Counted from the whole stretch's first letter, positions 10,971-25,206 are shown. The stretch is DNA of 63,420 bases, filler included, from Octopus bimaculoides (GCF_001194135.2; 4 parts of 4 records of this genome joined end to end with filler, not necessarily neighbours in it), one strand, 5' to 3'. Made by a program: numbers and translations. The notes: generated by a model not told the origin, from the letters alone.

Positions 10971-13795
10971 TGTTTGATGACTTTATCCCATGACCCTCCC
11001 AGAAATAGTTGGCAAAGATTGATGGAGGAATAACTCTTTACCATTTGGATTACTCTGTCAAATGTAATGCTTATTTATTCACATTGCTTTGAATTAATCG
11101 TGCATTATCTCATAGCTTTGAGATTTCAATGATATGATTATTTTTAGAATGACATAGTAGGTTAAGCGTAAGAAGCCAGGTCTGGCTGGTTTGAACATAA
11201 AACAGGTAGAATATTTGGGCTGGAAATGGTTGGTTTAAATGCTAAAGGATAATATCACAATTCTTGATCCCACGCTCATTGCCTTCAAAAAGATTTTACC
11301 ACATCCATTATCATACATTTGCTTGTATTATAATGTTGTGTATGAATGTACTGTCGCTACCCCAAGGAGCCATTTCACCAGGGTTTACAATAGTGGTACA
11401 ATTGATTTTATGTAATGTTATCTTATACATCTCAGCTCTCTTGCTAATGGTGTCTCAAAACAAATCACTTCCATCACAATCCACTTACATCACATCAAGG
11501 CATACCCTGAAACCTGTTCTGATCCATAGTTTGTGTTGAAACTCCCTTCATAGAAATCAACAACCCTGTCAGTTATGTTGCAATGACTCACTTGATATCA
11601 TACCACAACTAAATCCCTTCTCTGACGTAATTTGCTTGTGCAGATATAAATTCTACAAAACCTCCCATAACCATAAATCTTTTATACTTCTAAGTATAGA
11701 CATCCCTCCCTCTAGACATCTTATTTTAATTCTAGTCCCTTACAAACTGTAATACAGTAACATAATTCTCTCACAGTTCTCCCTCTCTATATTCCTTTAC
11801 CATAGGTCTCCCTCCCACACTATTGACCTGTATATTTGTATAATTGCCCCATTGTTCATACTGCCTTCATCTCTATTTCTTTAGAATCTGTTTATTAAGG
11901 CTTCCGATGTTTACTACCCACCAATAAGCATTCTTTGTTATTGTCTTCACTTTGACAGACCTCCCTGTTGTCCTGGTCCCTTCCTCCTTTTATAAGCTAC
12001 TTGATCTCTCTTATCTCTGGTTATTGTCAAGGGATATCTTCATAGTACCAATTCCCCTTTAGTTGCTCACCCCTCTCCCTCTTCTCCTCTTTCTGTCTAG
12101 TTTTTTCCTTACCCCTCCTCTATATGCTTTTAGCTACATTCTTCTAATGAGGGTGACATGACTTTGCCTAACACATGTGTAAGAACTTGTGTTATTCCAT
12201 ACGCCTGCCTGACACTGTGGGTCTTTATTATATAATGCTTTGGCTATAGTAAAAGCTATAAATCAACCAAAACAGATAAACAAAAAGATGACAAGAAATT
12301 AAAAAAGAAAAAGAAGAATCACCTTTCTATAGGGCTGGTAACTTTATCTATTGAGCCTGAAGGAATGAAAGACCAAGTTGATCCTGGCATGATTCAAACT
12401 GAAACTGCTGGGTGTTGGGGGAAAAAAAAAACTATGGTAGAAAATATTTATTCAAGGTATCATATGGTAGGACACACACACACACACACACATGTATGTA
12501 TCTATGTGAGTTCAATATTCTAAAAAGATCAAAGCTATTATATACAAAATTGTTTCAAGCAATGTTTGGTTCTCTACCTTCTCAATCCATTCATGCCCCA
12601 AGGAAATGACTATATATTTAAATTGTAAAAATATATATCTAATTATTGAATGTATTTTATTAAGAAAATGTCTTTTTAATCTTTCTGTTTTAGCTTTAAT
12701 TTTACTTTAGTTTCTTGTTTACATGACTAAACTTCACAAAACCATTTCTGTTGCTAGGATTGATTGGGTATTTCATATTGTGCTTGGAAATTTAACTTGG
12801 AATCAAAGAACACAGCACTGAATTGATATTACTTTGCTGTTTTGGAATCATTAGTGGGACAATGAGCTGCTTGATAAAAAAGGGGCATCATGAAAAGGGG
12901 TATTGATAAAATAGATGTATTCTTGTAGAAACTGGCAGGATAGAGAAGAAAATTCAATGTAGATTAAAGAGGAATCTTGAAGCTGGAAGCATTCATAAAG
13001 ATGGTGGTGTATGTGGCTAATATTGGTACATGAAGGGGAGAATGTTAAGAGTGGAAGGTTTAAAGAAGTTGGCAGTGTATGTTGGAAATTAATCTAGACA
13101 GAAGAATTGTGAGGCAGGAACATTTAAAGAAGCTGGCAGGGTAGGGAGAAAAGTGGGGACAATTCATATAGACAGAAGAAGAATCTTCAGGCTAAAAGAT
13201 TTTAAGAAGTTAGTAATATATGGAGTACGGAGTGGTTTAATAAATATATAAGCATAGGAATAATAAAAAAAAATAATAATAATAAACTGCATACTGGCTG
13301 GGAAGGTTTAGTGAAAGAAATTGAAATCAATGAGAGATATCTGAGCTGTTAATAGAAAATCTAACCAGTTTAGGTTAGTTCAATTTCAATGTTTGTCGAG
13401 ATAAAACTATATATAATAAAGCAGAACCAATTGATAGGGTGATCAATGTGTTTGAAATGAAGTCTAGATCAACATTTTCAGTCAAGGAAGCTGTGAAGTG
13501 TTATTTATTATTTTCTAGAATCTTTTATTTCTTGATGTGTATCGAGTCAGTGAAGGAGTTATTGATTTACATTTCACATCGATATCATCGGGTCTTAAGA
13601 CAAACCAGACCAATCACTTATGGGTCGGTCCATTTGTAAAAACCTGGCGTAAAAGATTGGAAGCATATTGAAATCAAGCTCCGTAATAGTTTTGCTTATT
13701 AATAACGACATCAAATGTTTTTCAATGGTTGGTTCGAAGAGATGGAGTCACACTTACATATATATGTATATTCTACTATGCATAGGTGCGTACAC

Positions 13796-13850
<55 letters not shown>

Positions 13851-16800
13851 GGAGAGAGAAAGATGGAGATAGATAAAGATAAAAAGAGAGGGAAAGAGAG
13901 AGAGAGAGAGAGAAAGAAACAAAGGCAGATGCGAGCATCAGTGGAGAGTTTAAGCAGACTAATATAATGTTCTTCAGAGAACATCTAAAGCAACTCTTTT
14001 CAATACACTTCTCTAATTAAATAGAGCATCTAGCTGAACAGGAAAGTGACTTCAATGCTCAGTTAAAGTGCTTAAGAACAAACCCTTAATATTTCTTGCT
14101 ATCCACCGAACACATATAAATACTGACAAGTGGCTTTGAGTTCGTTTCCCTTTTAGCCAAACACAATAGGCCATAGCATTAAAATCCAACGTCTACAAGC
14201 ACTTGCATATTACATTCAATATATCTATAGTTATTTGCCCCTGCAGGAAATTTATGTTCATTTACAGTTTTCTAAAGTATTTGCATGAAATGCTAAAGCA
14301 AAGGTAATATTTGAAATTGCTGTTCTTGTCCAGAGAAGAGAGTTGCAGCGATGGTTATAATGTGTTGGTGAATGACAGAATCAATATAGCACAATAGTTG
14401 AATAGTTGCACTGGTTAGTTGGACGGCAGGACGGCAGGACAGAGACAGGGCTGCTGGCGTCAGTGGTGGTGGTAATGTTGGTGGTGGTGGTGGTGGTGGT
14501 GTTGGCAAGGGAGAGGAAAACAGTGAGAAAGCAGAAAAAGAAAAGAGTAAGTGATGGGGTGGGGGGGTCTNNNNNNNNNNNNNNNNNNNNNNNNNNNNNN
14601 NNNNNNNNNNNNNNNNNNNNNNNNNNNNNNNNNNNNNNNNNNNNNNNNNNNNNNNNNNNNNNNNNNNNNNNNNNNNNNNNNNNNNNNNNNNNNNNNNNNN
14701 NNNNNNNNNNNNNNNNNNNNNNNNNNNNTGGGGTGGGGGTGGGGGTCAGGGCGGGGGTGCATGAGGATGATGATGATGATCATGGTGATGGTGATGGTGT
14801 TCTGAGATGGTGATTGTCATGGTGTTGAGATGGTGTTGGTGATGATAGCGGTGGTAGAAATGTGTTTGTTGTAGTGCTGGCTGTAGTAGAGGCGAAGGTA
14901 GTGGCGGTGGTAGTGGTGGTGGTGGTGTTGGCAGTGGTGCTGGTAATTGGTTTGGCTGTTGGTGCTGATGTTGTTGATGATATGGACAAAGAGAATATGG
15001 AAGGTAAAAGACATTAACCAATATGGAAACCAGCACTGGTGATAACAGTGTTGGTAGTGAAAGCGGTGATGGTGGTGATGCTGGTGATGGTGTGATGGTG
15101 GCGATGGTGATTAAATAGGTGAGTAGGTAGGTGGGTAGGTATGTAGGTGGTGTTAGGGCAATCTGGAGAAAGAAATTTTTTATTATATTCCTTCTTTGGC
15201 GAAGTTAGTAACTGGAAGCAGTGGGAGGGGGAGGGAACGTTGTTGATAGGTAAATCAGCAGTATATGTGTGGTTGATGCTATGGGCGTGGTTGGCAACAT
15301 GTTAATAGCCTATCTCTTTTGAATGCCTAAAAGCCATTGTTTATGGCATGTTAGCAGTTTTGATTTTCATAAGCAGAAACTGTTCATCACTCTTGGAAAG
15401 TAAAAAGGCATTAAGCAAAGAACGGTCTAATGGCAGATAATTGCAGGAAATTTGTAGAATGCACAAAAGATTATATTAATTTTGCCTAACCTTTGGCAGA
15501 GAGCTGAGCAAAAGGTTGCAAAGAACTGATGCTGGAGACGTAGTTTAAGAAAAAAAGAAGAAAAAAAGAAAAAGAAAAGGGGAAAAGAAAACAAATAAAA
15601 GATGTAAATAAGTAAATATATATAAAAAAAAAGAGAATCAAGAACGAAAGAAAGAAGGAAAGAATGAAAGAAAGAAAGCCATGAAAATGGAATTGGAAAG
15701 AATGAAAGAATGAAAGGAAAAGGGGAAAAAAAGAAATGAAGATTGAAAAGAATGACAATAAATAAAGGCAAGAAGAAGAACAAGAAAAGAAGGAGGAGAG
15801 GGAGGAAGAGCTGGAGAAGGAGGAGGAGAAGAAAGAGGAGGAAGTTATCGAAGCAAGGAAAGAAACCTTTCGTTGCTTCAAGATGTGTGCTTTTCATCTT
15901 TTGGTTATAACAAGATATTTGTGTTCTTCATCTCATAATAGATTTAATCACATAAGCATCTTCGACGGTAGCCACCAGACCCTCCACCAGCACCAGCACC
16001 ACCACCACCACACTTGCCACTACAAGCAGTCACCATCACCGCACTATCATTATCATCGTCATCACCGTCATCATCACCATCACCAGGACCAGCTCATTTA
16101 TTGATGCAGCCAAGCATTAACTGTCATCTTAAACCACCACAACCACCACCACCACCGCTGCCGCCGCCACCACCACCACCACCGCTGCCGCCGCCACCAC
16201 CGCCACTACTACTAGTCATAACACCAATGCCAACACTATTAACATCCCAAGTATCACTGTCACTACCTTCGCCTCTACTACAGCCAGCACTACAACAAAC
16301 ACATTTCTACCACCACTATCATCACCATCACTGCCATGACAATCACCATCTCAGAACACCATCACCACCACCATCATCATCATCATCATACACCCCGTCC
16401 CCGACCNNNNNNNNNNNNNNNNNNNNNNNNNNNNNNNNNNNNNNNNNNNNNNNNNNNNNNNNNNNNNNNNNNNNNNNNNNNNNNNNNNNNNNNNNNNNNN
16501 NNNNNNNNNNNNNNNNNNNNNNNNNNNNNNNNNNNNNNNNNNNNNNNNNNNNNNNNNNNNNNNNNNNNNNNNNNNNNNNNNNNNNNNNNNNNNNNNNNNN
16601 NNNNNNNNNNNNNNNNNNNNNNNNNNNNNNNNNNNNNNNNNNNNNNNNNNNNNNNNNNNNNNNNNNNNNNNNNNNNNNNNNNNNNNNNNNNNNNNNNNNN
16701 NNNNNNNNNNNNNNNNNNNNNNNNNNNNNNNNNNNNNNNNNNNNNNNNNNNNNNNNNNNNNNNNNNNNNNNNNNNNNNNNNNNNNNNNNNNNNNNNNNNN

Positions 16801-17479
16801 NNNNNNNNNNNNNNNNNNNNNNNNNNNNNNNNNNNNNNNNNNNNNNNNNNNNNNNNNNNNNNNNNNNNNCCATCGCCATCGCTACCATCACAACCACTAC
16901 CACCACCATCATCATCACCATCAAAAGCAATCTCAGAAATATACTGCCACTATCACAATCATCAACCTTTTCAAAAGAACCACCACCACCACCACCACTA
17001 CCACCACCATTATTGACCCCTCAACTACCAGCTCCCACCCCCACCAAAAACAACATCACTATCTCTACTACCATTACCACTACTGCCAACCCCACCATCA
17101 TCATCATCATCACTATCTTGTCTATCACCCCCATGATGATAATGATGATGGTGATCATCATCATCATCATCATCATCATCTTCACCATCGCTACCATCAA
17201 CAGCAATAACAGCATCATTACCACCACCACCACCACCACCATCACCGTCTTACCAAATGCTGCTACTTGCACTGCTGCTGCTCTATCACAACTTAAGTAG
17301 AATTTCCCCCATTCCACTCCTCCACTTCACTCCCCCATTCCATTCCCCAACTCCTGCAGCGACCACCAGCAGCACATAATGTGCAGTTAAATCATAATTG
17401 CATTTTTTCCTTTATATACATCTGATGCAAAAGAAATGTGCAGCAAATGTAGAGGCCAGTGAATATGTGCAAAAATACA

Positions 17480-17559
<80 letters not shown>

Positions 17560-17659
17560 NNNNNNNNNNNNNNNNNNNNNNNNNNNNNNNNNNNNNNNNN
17601 NNNTTAATTAATTAANNNNNNNNNNNNNNNNNNNNNNNNNNNNNNNNNNNNNNNNNNNN
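17560..17659. other. Artificial scaffold linker N44-TTAATTAATTAA-N44
   Basis: Exactly 44 N, a 12-nt six-frame-stop palindrome at 17604-17615, then 44 N, totalling 100 bp. Confidence 0.95.
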
Positions 17660-18045
17660 ATGTTTCAATACCAGCAGATGACAACGTTTCTCTAAAAGAA
17701 ATGGAAAAACTTTCAAAATACAAAGACCTGGAAATAGAGATAACTCGAATGTGGAATCTAAAAACAGAAACAATTCCTATCATAGTAGGTGCCTTAGGTA
17801 TAATAAAAAAATATTCAGACAAATACATAACACAAACACCAGGACTTACAAATATCTATAACATACAGAAAATTGCACTACTGGGTACTGCACACATTCT
17901 ACGCAAAGCACTTTCAATACAGTAAACATAAGAGCACCACAGCAAACCACAGCACATACCCAAGGCGCACAGAGCTGCGCTCGGTAGTGAAGTGAAAGTA
18001 CGTTATAAAAATAAAACTACTGAATAATAATAATAATAATAATAT
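17660..18045 (+). mobile_element. R4/Dong-like non-LTR retrotransposon 3' end (restriction-like endonuclease C-terminus and 3' UTR) abutting (TAA)n
   Basis: Uninterrupted frame (D)VSIPADDNVSLKEMEKLSKYKDLEIEITRMWNLKTETIPIIVGALGIIKK...IQKIALLGTAHILRKALSIQ* (stop 17923-17925) with the RLE D..P.D....KE.EK..KY..L and P+++GALG motifs. About 100 nt of UTR follow, then AAT repeats. Confidence 0.88.
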
Positions 18046-18312
18046 CAACAACGATAACAACACCATAAATAGCAACAACAACGATGGTAATAATAATAAC
18101 AATAAATACAATTACGATAATGATACGGTCCCATCATTCAATACATGGTTGCCTGCTGATGCGGCTTATTAACTTCATTCATACTTGTCTTTCTGTCTTC
18201 AGTTGCTAGGTTACTAGCTTTCTTAGAGTCATAGTAGATTTTCTTTCTTGTGTTTTCCTCTCTCCATCACTCCTCTTCTCTCTGTCTGTCTGCCGCACTC
18301 TCTCTCTCTCTC

Positions 18313-18343
<31 letters not shown>

Positions 18344-18546
18344 TTCGCTTTCCTTTCTTCTCTTTCTCCCCCCCCTCTCCCTTTCTCTCGCTCTCTTCTT
18401 TCATTTCCAGCAGAGCAACAACAACATCAAAACCACTCTCAAATATATTAAACCGTTGATTAAGAAAATATTGGNNNNNNNNNNACATGTGGAGGGGAAG
18501 TGGTGCAGGTGGAGGGTAGGAGGTGGAGGAGAAGGAGAGCAACTAC

Positions 18547-18602
<56 letters not shown>

Positions 18603-19653
18603 CATTATTATTATTATTGTTATTGTTATTGTTATTGTTGTTATAGTTATTATTATTGTTGGTATTATCATTTTTATCACTATCATTATTACTGTTATTA
18701 TTATCATTTTTATTATTATTTACAACAATAATAATGATTATCGCACAAGCACATAGAAATACGTAGAAGAAAATGTACTAGAAAAATCCTCCCAGCAGTT
18801 AGAGAGATAGAGAGAGGGAGAAAACGAGAAAAGCAAGGAGAGATTGAAATATGGAAAGAGTGGGAGTGAGAATTATAGAGAGAAAGAGAAAATGTGTGAG
18901 AGAAAACGAGCAAGAGAAAATGAGAGCGAGATCATATGGAAAAAAAAAAAGTAAGAAAAGACAAAATAGGGATTGTTGGAGTTGCGCGTCGTTGAGTAGA
19001 AATTTTATTTAATGAAAGCTTTCTTGGAACGGTGTTGTTTACAGAATAAGTGTTAAGCCTGACAGCGTTTCTATGGAAACACTGCTTTCTCCAACTGCTG
19101 AAATAAGGTCGATAGAAGAATGGTGAGACAAACAAAGTATAACTTAAGAATGAATAGGACTTGTTAGGATTTCTTTGCTCTTTTCTTCTTGTCGTTGTTA
19201 TGATGTTATTTTTGAAATATTTTTGGCTAATAACACGAAGAAAATATCATTGACATGTATTTATTTGTTTTCGCTTACTCTCTTAGTAGCGACACTGCTA
19301 TAAAAGCAACTGTAAATAACATATGTATAAAAAATTAAATGGAAATCTCTTCTGGGCTGAAACTGAATTTAAGTTATTTGACATTTTAAAGTACGTACTT
19401 TAAGGTCACTTATCATCAACTGGATTGGTATTTTAAATTTTGTTTTGGGACATCATAGACCACTCGGATAAGGAGTTGTGTGTCTAAACCTATCCGGATG
19501 TTGGTGGTTTCTCTGGTATTTCTGAATGGAATTTGTACACGTGTCGCTTAAATAATATGACATATCTTTTACTCCTTGGTTTCTTTCAGATTAATGTTAA
19601 ATTCAGCAGAACGAGAGAACTAGTTGAACTAAAACTGTTGTGGCACATGTATG

Positions 19654-19704
<51 letters not shown>

Positions 19705-19710
19705 GGTTGC

Positions 19711-19759
<49 letters not shown>

Positions 19760-19797
19760 NNNNNNNNNNATATATATATATATATATGCACGGTTGC

Positions 19798-19884
<87 letters not shown>

Positions 19885-19954
19885 TGTAGATAGATAGACA
19901 GAAAGACAGACAGACAGGTAGATAGACAGACAAACAGATAGAGAGAGAGAGAGA

Positions 19955-19995
<41 letters not shown>

Positions 19996-19998
19996 CAG

Positions 19999-20145
19999 AA
20001 ATTAGACTCCATAAAGTTCAAGAAGTCTTTGGACAAATTCCTTCAAAGAATCCTGGATAGACCTCCTACACTCGGAAATGTCTCCATAAATAATAACTCT
20101 CTCCTAGAGTGGGCATGTCTGATTCTTGATTTGGCCGACTTTTAA
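19999..20145 (+). mobile_element. CR1/L2-group LINE extreme 3' ORF remnant
   Basis: Translates [39 protein letters not shown], resembling the FK..LD.FL..IPD.P......NNSL..W C-terminus of invertebrate CR1-like elements. Confidence 0.6.
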
Positions 20146-20407
20146 GCTAGCTCCAGTGGAGGGCTCTTCATTGGGCCTTTAGCCCAATAATGACACTTCA
20201 TGCATTGAGTACATATTAAATTTTATTCAACTTAACCAATACTCTTCTAACAATGAACAATTTTCTTCAAAACAATGATATAATTTGTCGACTTGGAAAT
20301 TATTGCAAAGCTTCTTGATAAACATTTTGTCTTCCCATTCGGTGGACAGTACAATTTTTTCTGTCTAACCTCTTTCTGTCTCCCTCTTTTCTCTATCTAT
20401 CTCTCTG

Positions 20408-20490
<83 letters not shown>

Positions 20491-20777
20491 TTCTCTCTCT
20501 CTCTTTCCATTACTTAATTTCAACCATCACCATCACCAGTACCACCACCATCGCCAACACAACTGCCATACACACAACATTCAGAATTCTAACGCCACCA
20601 CCATCAACACCTTTGACCTCGCCGCCTTCCCCTCCATCATCATCACCACTCTCTTTCACATCTCCCACTATCACTGTCCTCAGCTACCACCTAAGCTACC
20701 ACTACCGTCATCACCGTTGCTTCCGCCTCTATCACAACTACAGCTCATACTATTACTATCACCACATTACCATCTCA

Positions 20778-21094
20778 AGGCGCAATGGCCCAGTGGTTAG
20801 GGCAGCGGACTCGTAGTCGGAGGATCGTGGTTTCGATTCCCAGACCAGGCGTTGTGTGTGTTTATTGAGCAAAAACACCTAAAGTTCCACGAGGCTCCGG
20901 CAGGGGGTGGTGGTGACCCCTGTTGTACTCTTTCGCCTCAACTTTCTCTCACTCTTTCTTTCTGTTTCTTAAGTAACGCTGCGATGGACTGGCGTCCCGT
21001 CCAGCTGGGTGGGGGGAAACATACGCTATAGAAACCGGGAAACCGGGTCCATGAGCCTGGCTAGGCGTTAAAAGGGCGGAAGAAAAAAAAAGAA
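20778..21094 (+). mobile_element. Complete tRNA-derived SINE family C with 12-bp TSD and A-rich tail
   Basis: A box TGGCCCAGTGG, B box GTTTCGATTCCC and an A-rich tail. TSD ATTACCATCTCA at 20766-20777 and 21095-21106. Confidence 0.9.
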
Positions 21095-22085
21095 ATTACC
21101 ATCTCAGCTATCAATCTGCTACCGCCCTTACCGTCTCTATGCCTACAATTATTCTCACCCCAACAAGAGGAGTAGAAGAAGTGGTATTGAATAGTGAGGG
21201 AAGGTGGGCCAAAGTGTGACACGCTAACACAGAAATTCGTTTTGGCATTTCTTATTATCGATCAATTTAAAAGCCACCTGATAGGCGGCTTTTAAACTAG
21301 CTCCTGTGGAGGACTCTTCATTGGCCATTGGGCCTAATAATGACACTTCATGCATTGAGTACATACTAAATTTTATGAAACATGACAAATATTTTTCAAG
21401 CAATGAACAATTTTGATCAAAACAATGATATAAATATGCCGATTTGGAACTTATTGCAAAACTGCATGGTAAACGAAATTTTTTTCTTCCTATTCTGGAG
21501 TCAGTACAATTTTTTCTTGTCTAAACTCTTTCTTTCTTTCTCTCTCTCTGTCTCTCTCTCTTTCTGTTGATTGTTTTCAACCGTCACCAGTACCACCACC
21601 ATCGCCACCACAACTGTCACACACCATTCAGACTTCTGACGCCACCACAATAAAACACCTTTGACGTCACCGCCTTCCCCTCCACCATCATCACCACTGC
21701 TTTTCACTCGCTTTCTCTCACCATTGTCCCTGACTGCTTAAGCTACCACCACCACCTGCATTACCGTCGACTCCGCCTCTATCTCAACTACAGCTCATCC
21801 CATTATTATGACCCCATTACCATCACAATTGTCAATCTGCTACCATCTTTATGCCTACAATTACTCTCATCCCAACATGAGCAATAGTAGGAGTATCAAT
21901 GAATAGTGAGAGAGGGGGTCGAAGTGTAACACATTTGACGCACAGAAATTAGCTTACGCATTTATTATATTTGATGATTTTGCCAGGTGGCGCTATTAAG
22001 TTAGACATGGCCTGAGCTAATTCTGGCCGAAATCTATCAAAGTGTCAAAGTATGTGTGCGTGTGTGTGTATGTGTGTATACAGAC

Positions 22086-22162
<77 letters not shown>

Positions 22163-22570
22163 TTTCTTAAGTTATTAACACTGTAGTACATCAGCGGGGT
22201 AATACAATTCTTCATAGTCATTTAGTGTTTCTATATTGAAACATGTTACATGTCACAGACACCGAGTCATTCGTAAACCAGTGTTATTCATTGCAGCTTA
22301 AAAAAACACAACCTATATAGTTATGACTTGAACTGATAACGGGCATAAATATTATTTCTCCAAGGTATTGTTATAGATATGCGTGATCAGCTAAGCTATG
22401 CTGATTTATGATCAAGGTCCTCTTCCCATCTGTTTATATTCGACATGTAGAAATGTGCCTTTCTGTTTTCAAAAGAACAAAGTCTGAAATGAGAGAGATA
22501 CAGCTACTGTATACATACCAGATAGTGCTACGAAGTAAAGGCGGGCGCCATATTAATTACAATAGAATAA

Positions 22571-22783
22571 TCTTTTCTACTCTAGGCACAAGGAACGAAA
22601 TTTTGGGGGAGAGTGCCAGTCGAATAAATCGACACCCAGTACGCAACTGGTTCTTAATTTATCGACCCCGAAGGATGAAAGGCAAAGTCAACCTCGGTGA
22701 AATTTGAACTCAGAACTTAAAGACAGACGAAATACCGCTAAGAATTTCGCCCAGTGTGCTCACGTTTCTGCCAGCTCGCCGCC
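22571..22783 (-). mobile_element. SINE family A copy
   Basis: Reverse-complement similarity to 2683-2915. Confidence 0.8.
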
Positions 22784-23250
22784 TTCTTCAGTTTAAAAAT
22801 TGCGAGACGGCCTTCAGTTTACTATCGCTGACTTTGCTGCGTAGGTAACGCGTCAACCAGACCTTATCTTCTGATGATGTCTTATTAGATGGGAATTTTT
22901 TTCTCCTCTGCCATACAGTTTAATAAGCTTCGCTAAACATGGACATAGAAGCTGCTGTTCTTTTCATATTTCTGAAAGATATACATATATACATAAACTC
23001 ACACAAACACACAGATATGCATACATGTACAGGTATATATGTATACATAGACATATACACATAGTGTGTATATGTCTATGTGTGTATATACATGTATTTT
23101 AGTGTATAAGTATGATGTCTTCCGAACAATTTTCACGGCTGTTTTTCTGAAATAGGAGAATATATATAATTGGATTATGGAGCAGCTGTTCAAACGATAT
23201 ATAATCAGATTTTGAAACGTACAAAGGAAACAAAATCTGTGATATCTTAC

Positions 23251-23330
23251 CTGTAAATGCCCCCAGTTACATTGTAATGTAAATGTAGCGCAAAAGTATG
23301 GTATTTTGTGTGGCTACTATCCACCAATAT
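23251..23330 (-). CDS. Candidate internal exon of an unidentified minus-strand gene
   Basis: Acceptor CATTGTTTCACCCAG and donor ACAG/GTAAGA. 80 nt with only one open frame, ILVDSSHTKYHTFALHLHYNVTGGIY. No homology recognised. Confidence 0.25.
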
Positions 23331-24999
23331 CTGGGTGAAACAATGTATTGAGGTAAACAAGTAAGTTGTAGATAAATGGATTATGAACCGATAAATGGGT
23401 TTATTATATTACCAGCAGCAGCACTGAATATCAGATTGTGATAGTGTTAAGCAAAATATTTTATCGTATTTAATTAAACTCTTTTATGTTCTGCGTTGGT
23501 AATCGAGACCAGGTCCTTTTTGATTTAGATTCGTCCACTGGGAACAATAGCCTGTATTAACCAGTGACACTAAAACGGATCAGTATGTATTATCACCTGT
23601 TACTGATATCTTTGTTCAACCCCAGTTTAGTTCTCATCTAATAGATCCGATCTATGCTCAAAATGATCCAGCAGCCACCATCTCATGTTTTAGCATAATT
23701 GGGTATGCATTCGCAATTTCGTCCTTCTTCAAGAGATTGGCTGTGATTTCAGGGCCATTTGGGTCTTAATTTTCGAAGTTACCTCATAGATTCATTTTCG
23801 TTGTCACGTTCATTTTTTTCTTGTTGAAATTCTTGTTGCAATTACGACATATGCCCACCCTGATTGGTTACACTCATGACCAAAGTCGCTCTAGACCACA
23901 TTATCGAATATATGAATGTATCTTTTCATTTTAAGACGACAGAATCATATTTCTAACAGCTGTGCCAAACACAGAAAGGCATCAGATTTGGCAGACTTCA
24001 GTATTCTTTTTATATGTTGGAATATAAAAATAATAATGTACACCTACTTAATATTATTGTCATAAGAATTTGGTGTAATACAGTAAATTGCAGCCTTTAT
24101 TGAAGACGTCAGACAATTAGGTAACACTGATCAGACTTGTCACACACTTTTCACAATATTATTTATTATGTTACTCACTATATTAACGTAACTATAGTTG
24201 TCATGTAATTCACGTCAGAGATGTACATTTTTTTTCTAATTAATGATCTTCGCATAACTAATTTAGAATCTCTGGTGAAGTATAATTTGCACAGATGTCT
24301 AATAAGACAGGTTTTGTGCGGACTTCATGTCCTATACTTAACGAAATATAGAACAGCGGTTATTCAAATGTTACATACTTATTAAATAATTACTTTTAAT
24401 TAGCCATTGTCTATGAGTTGATTTATATTTGTTTTTAGATATGGATATTAATAAAGACATGTGCATATAGAGGACATAACCATGCGTTCCTAAAACGTAT
24501 TCCATCTGATTGTGAGCATTAATTACCACGCTGTGTTTTGCAGTGTAGTCATTAATGATAAAACTTGGACCCTAGTAATCGCTGAGTTACATATTAGCAC
24601 AGAAAATATTTCTAATAAATATAAGGAAATGTAAGAGATTATTTCTCTGATTCACTCCTTTTCACACTGATATTTTCATTCCCTCCTTGTTTCTATCACT
24701 CTCTTTCTATCGTTCTTCATTAGATGCAAATTCACACATATTTGTACAGGCAGGAAATTTCGAAATCCCATTGGCACAATTAACACCTTTATATATCAGA
24801 AGAAACACACAGACTGATAGAAGGTTGAAAGAAATATAGGAAGGAAACAATAATCAAAATATCAAATAAATAAATGAATAAGCAATTAAAGACATGTAAA
24901 TACGCCGAAGATTGTATTATATGCAAATTGAATTCATTGAAATTGTTGAAATATGTAAAGTAAGATAGCTCGACACACAGACTTTCTTTCGATAAATAT

Positions 25000-25206
25000 T
25001 GGTTTCAAATTTTGGCACAAGGCCAGCAATCTCGAGGGAGTGGTATGTCGATTTCATCGAACCCAGTGTTTTCTATATATTTTATTAACTCCATAAGGAT
25101 GAAAGGCTAAATCGACTTCGGCTGAATTTGAACTCAGGAGGTAAAGGCGGACAAAATTTCACTAAGCATTTTGTCCGCGTGCCAGCAATTCTGTCAGCTC
25201 GCTGCC
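25000..25206 (-). mobile_element. SINE family A copy (diverged)
   Basis: Reverse-complement similarity to family A. Confidence 0.7.

Noticed and set aside
13525-13677. 50-codon open frame after a TTTTCTAG acceptor (NLLFLDVYRVSEGVIDLHF...)
   Set aside because: No recognisable homology and no convincing donor.
16014-17300. 428-aa Pro/Thr/His-rich ORF
   Set aside because: It spans a 463-N gap and ACC/ATC repeats. It is low complexity and part of an inverted/dispersed repeat.
19690-19860. Direct duplication of ATATGCACGGTTGCATAGATAG around a 10-N gap
   Set aside because: Identical copies flanking a minimal gap most likely reflect overlapping contig ends.
24544-24630. 87-nt symmetric plus-strand exon candidate as a SARM1 upstream exon
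   Set aside because: The peptide VVINDKTWTLVIAELHISTENISNKYKE does not resemble ARM, SAM or TIR, and two linkers separate it from SARM1.
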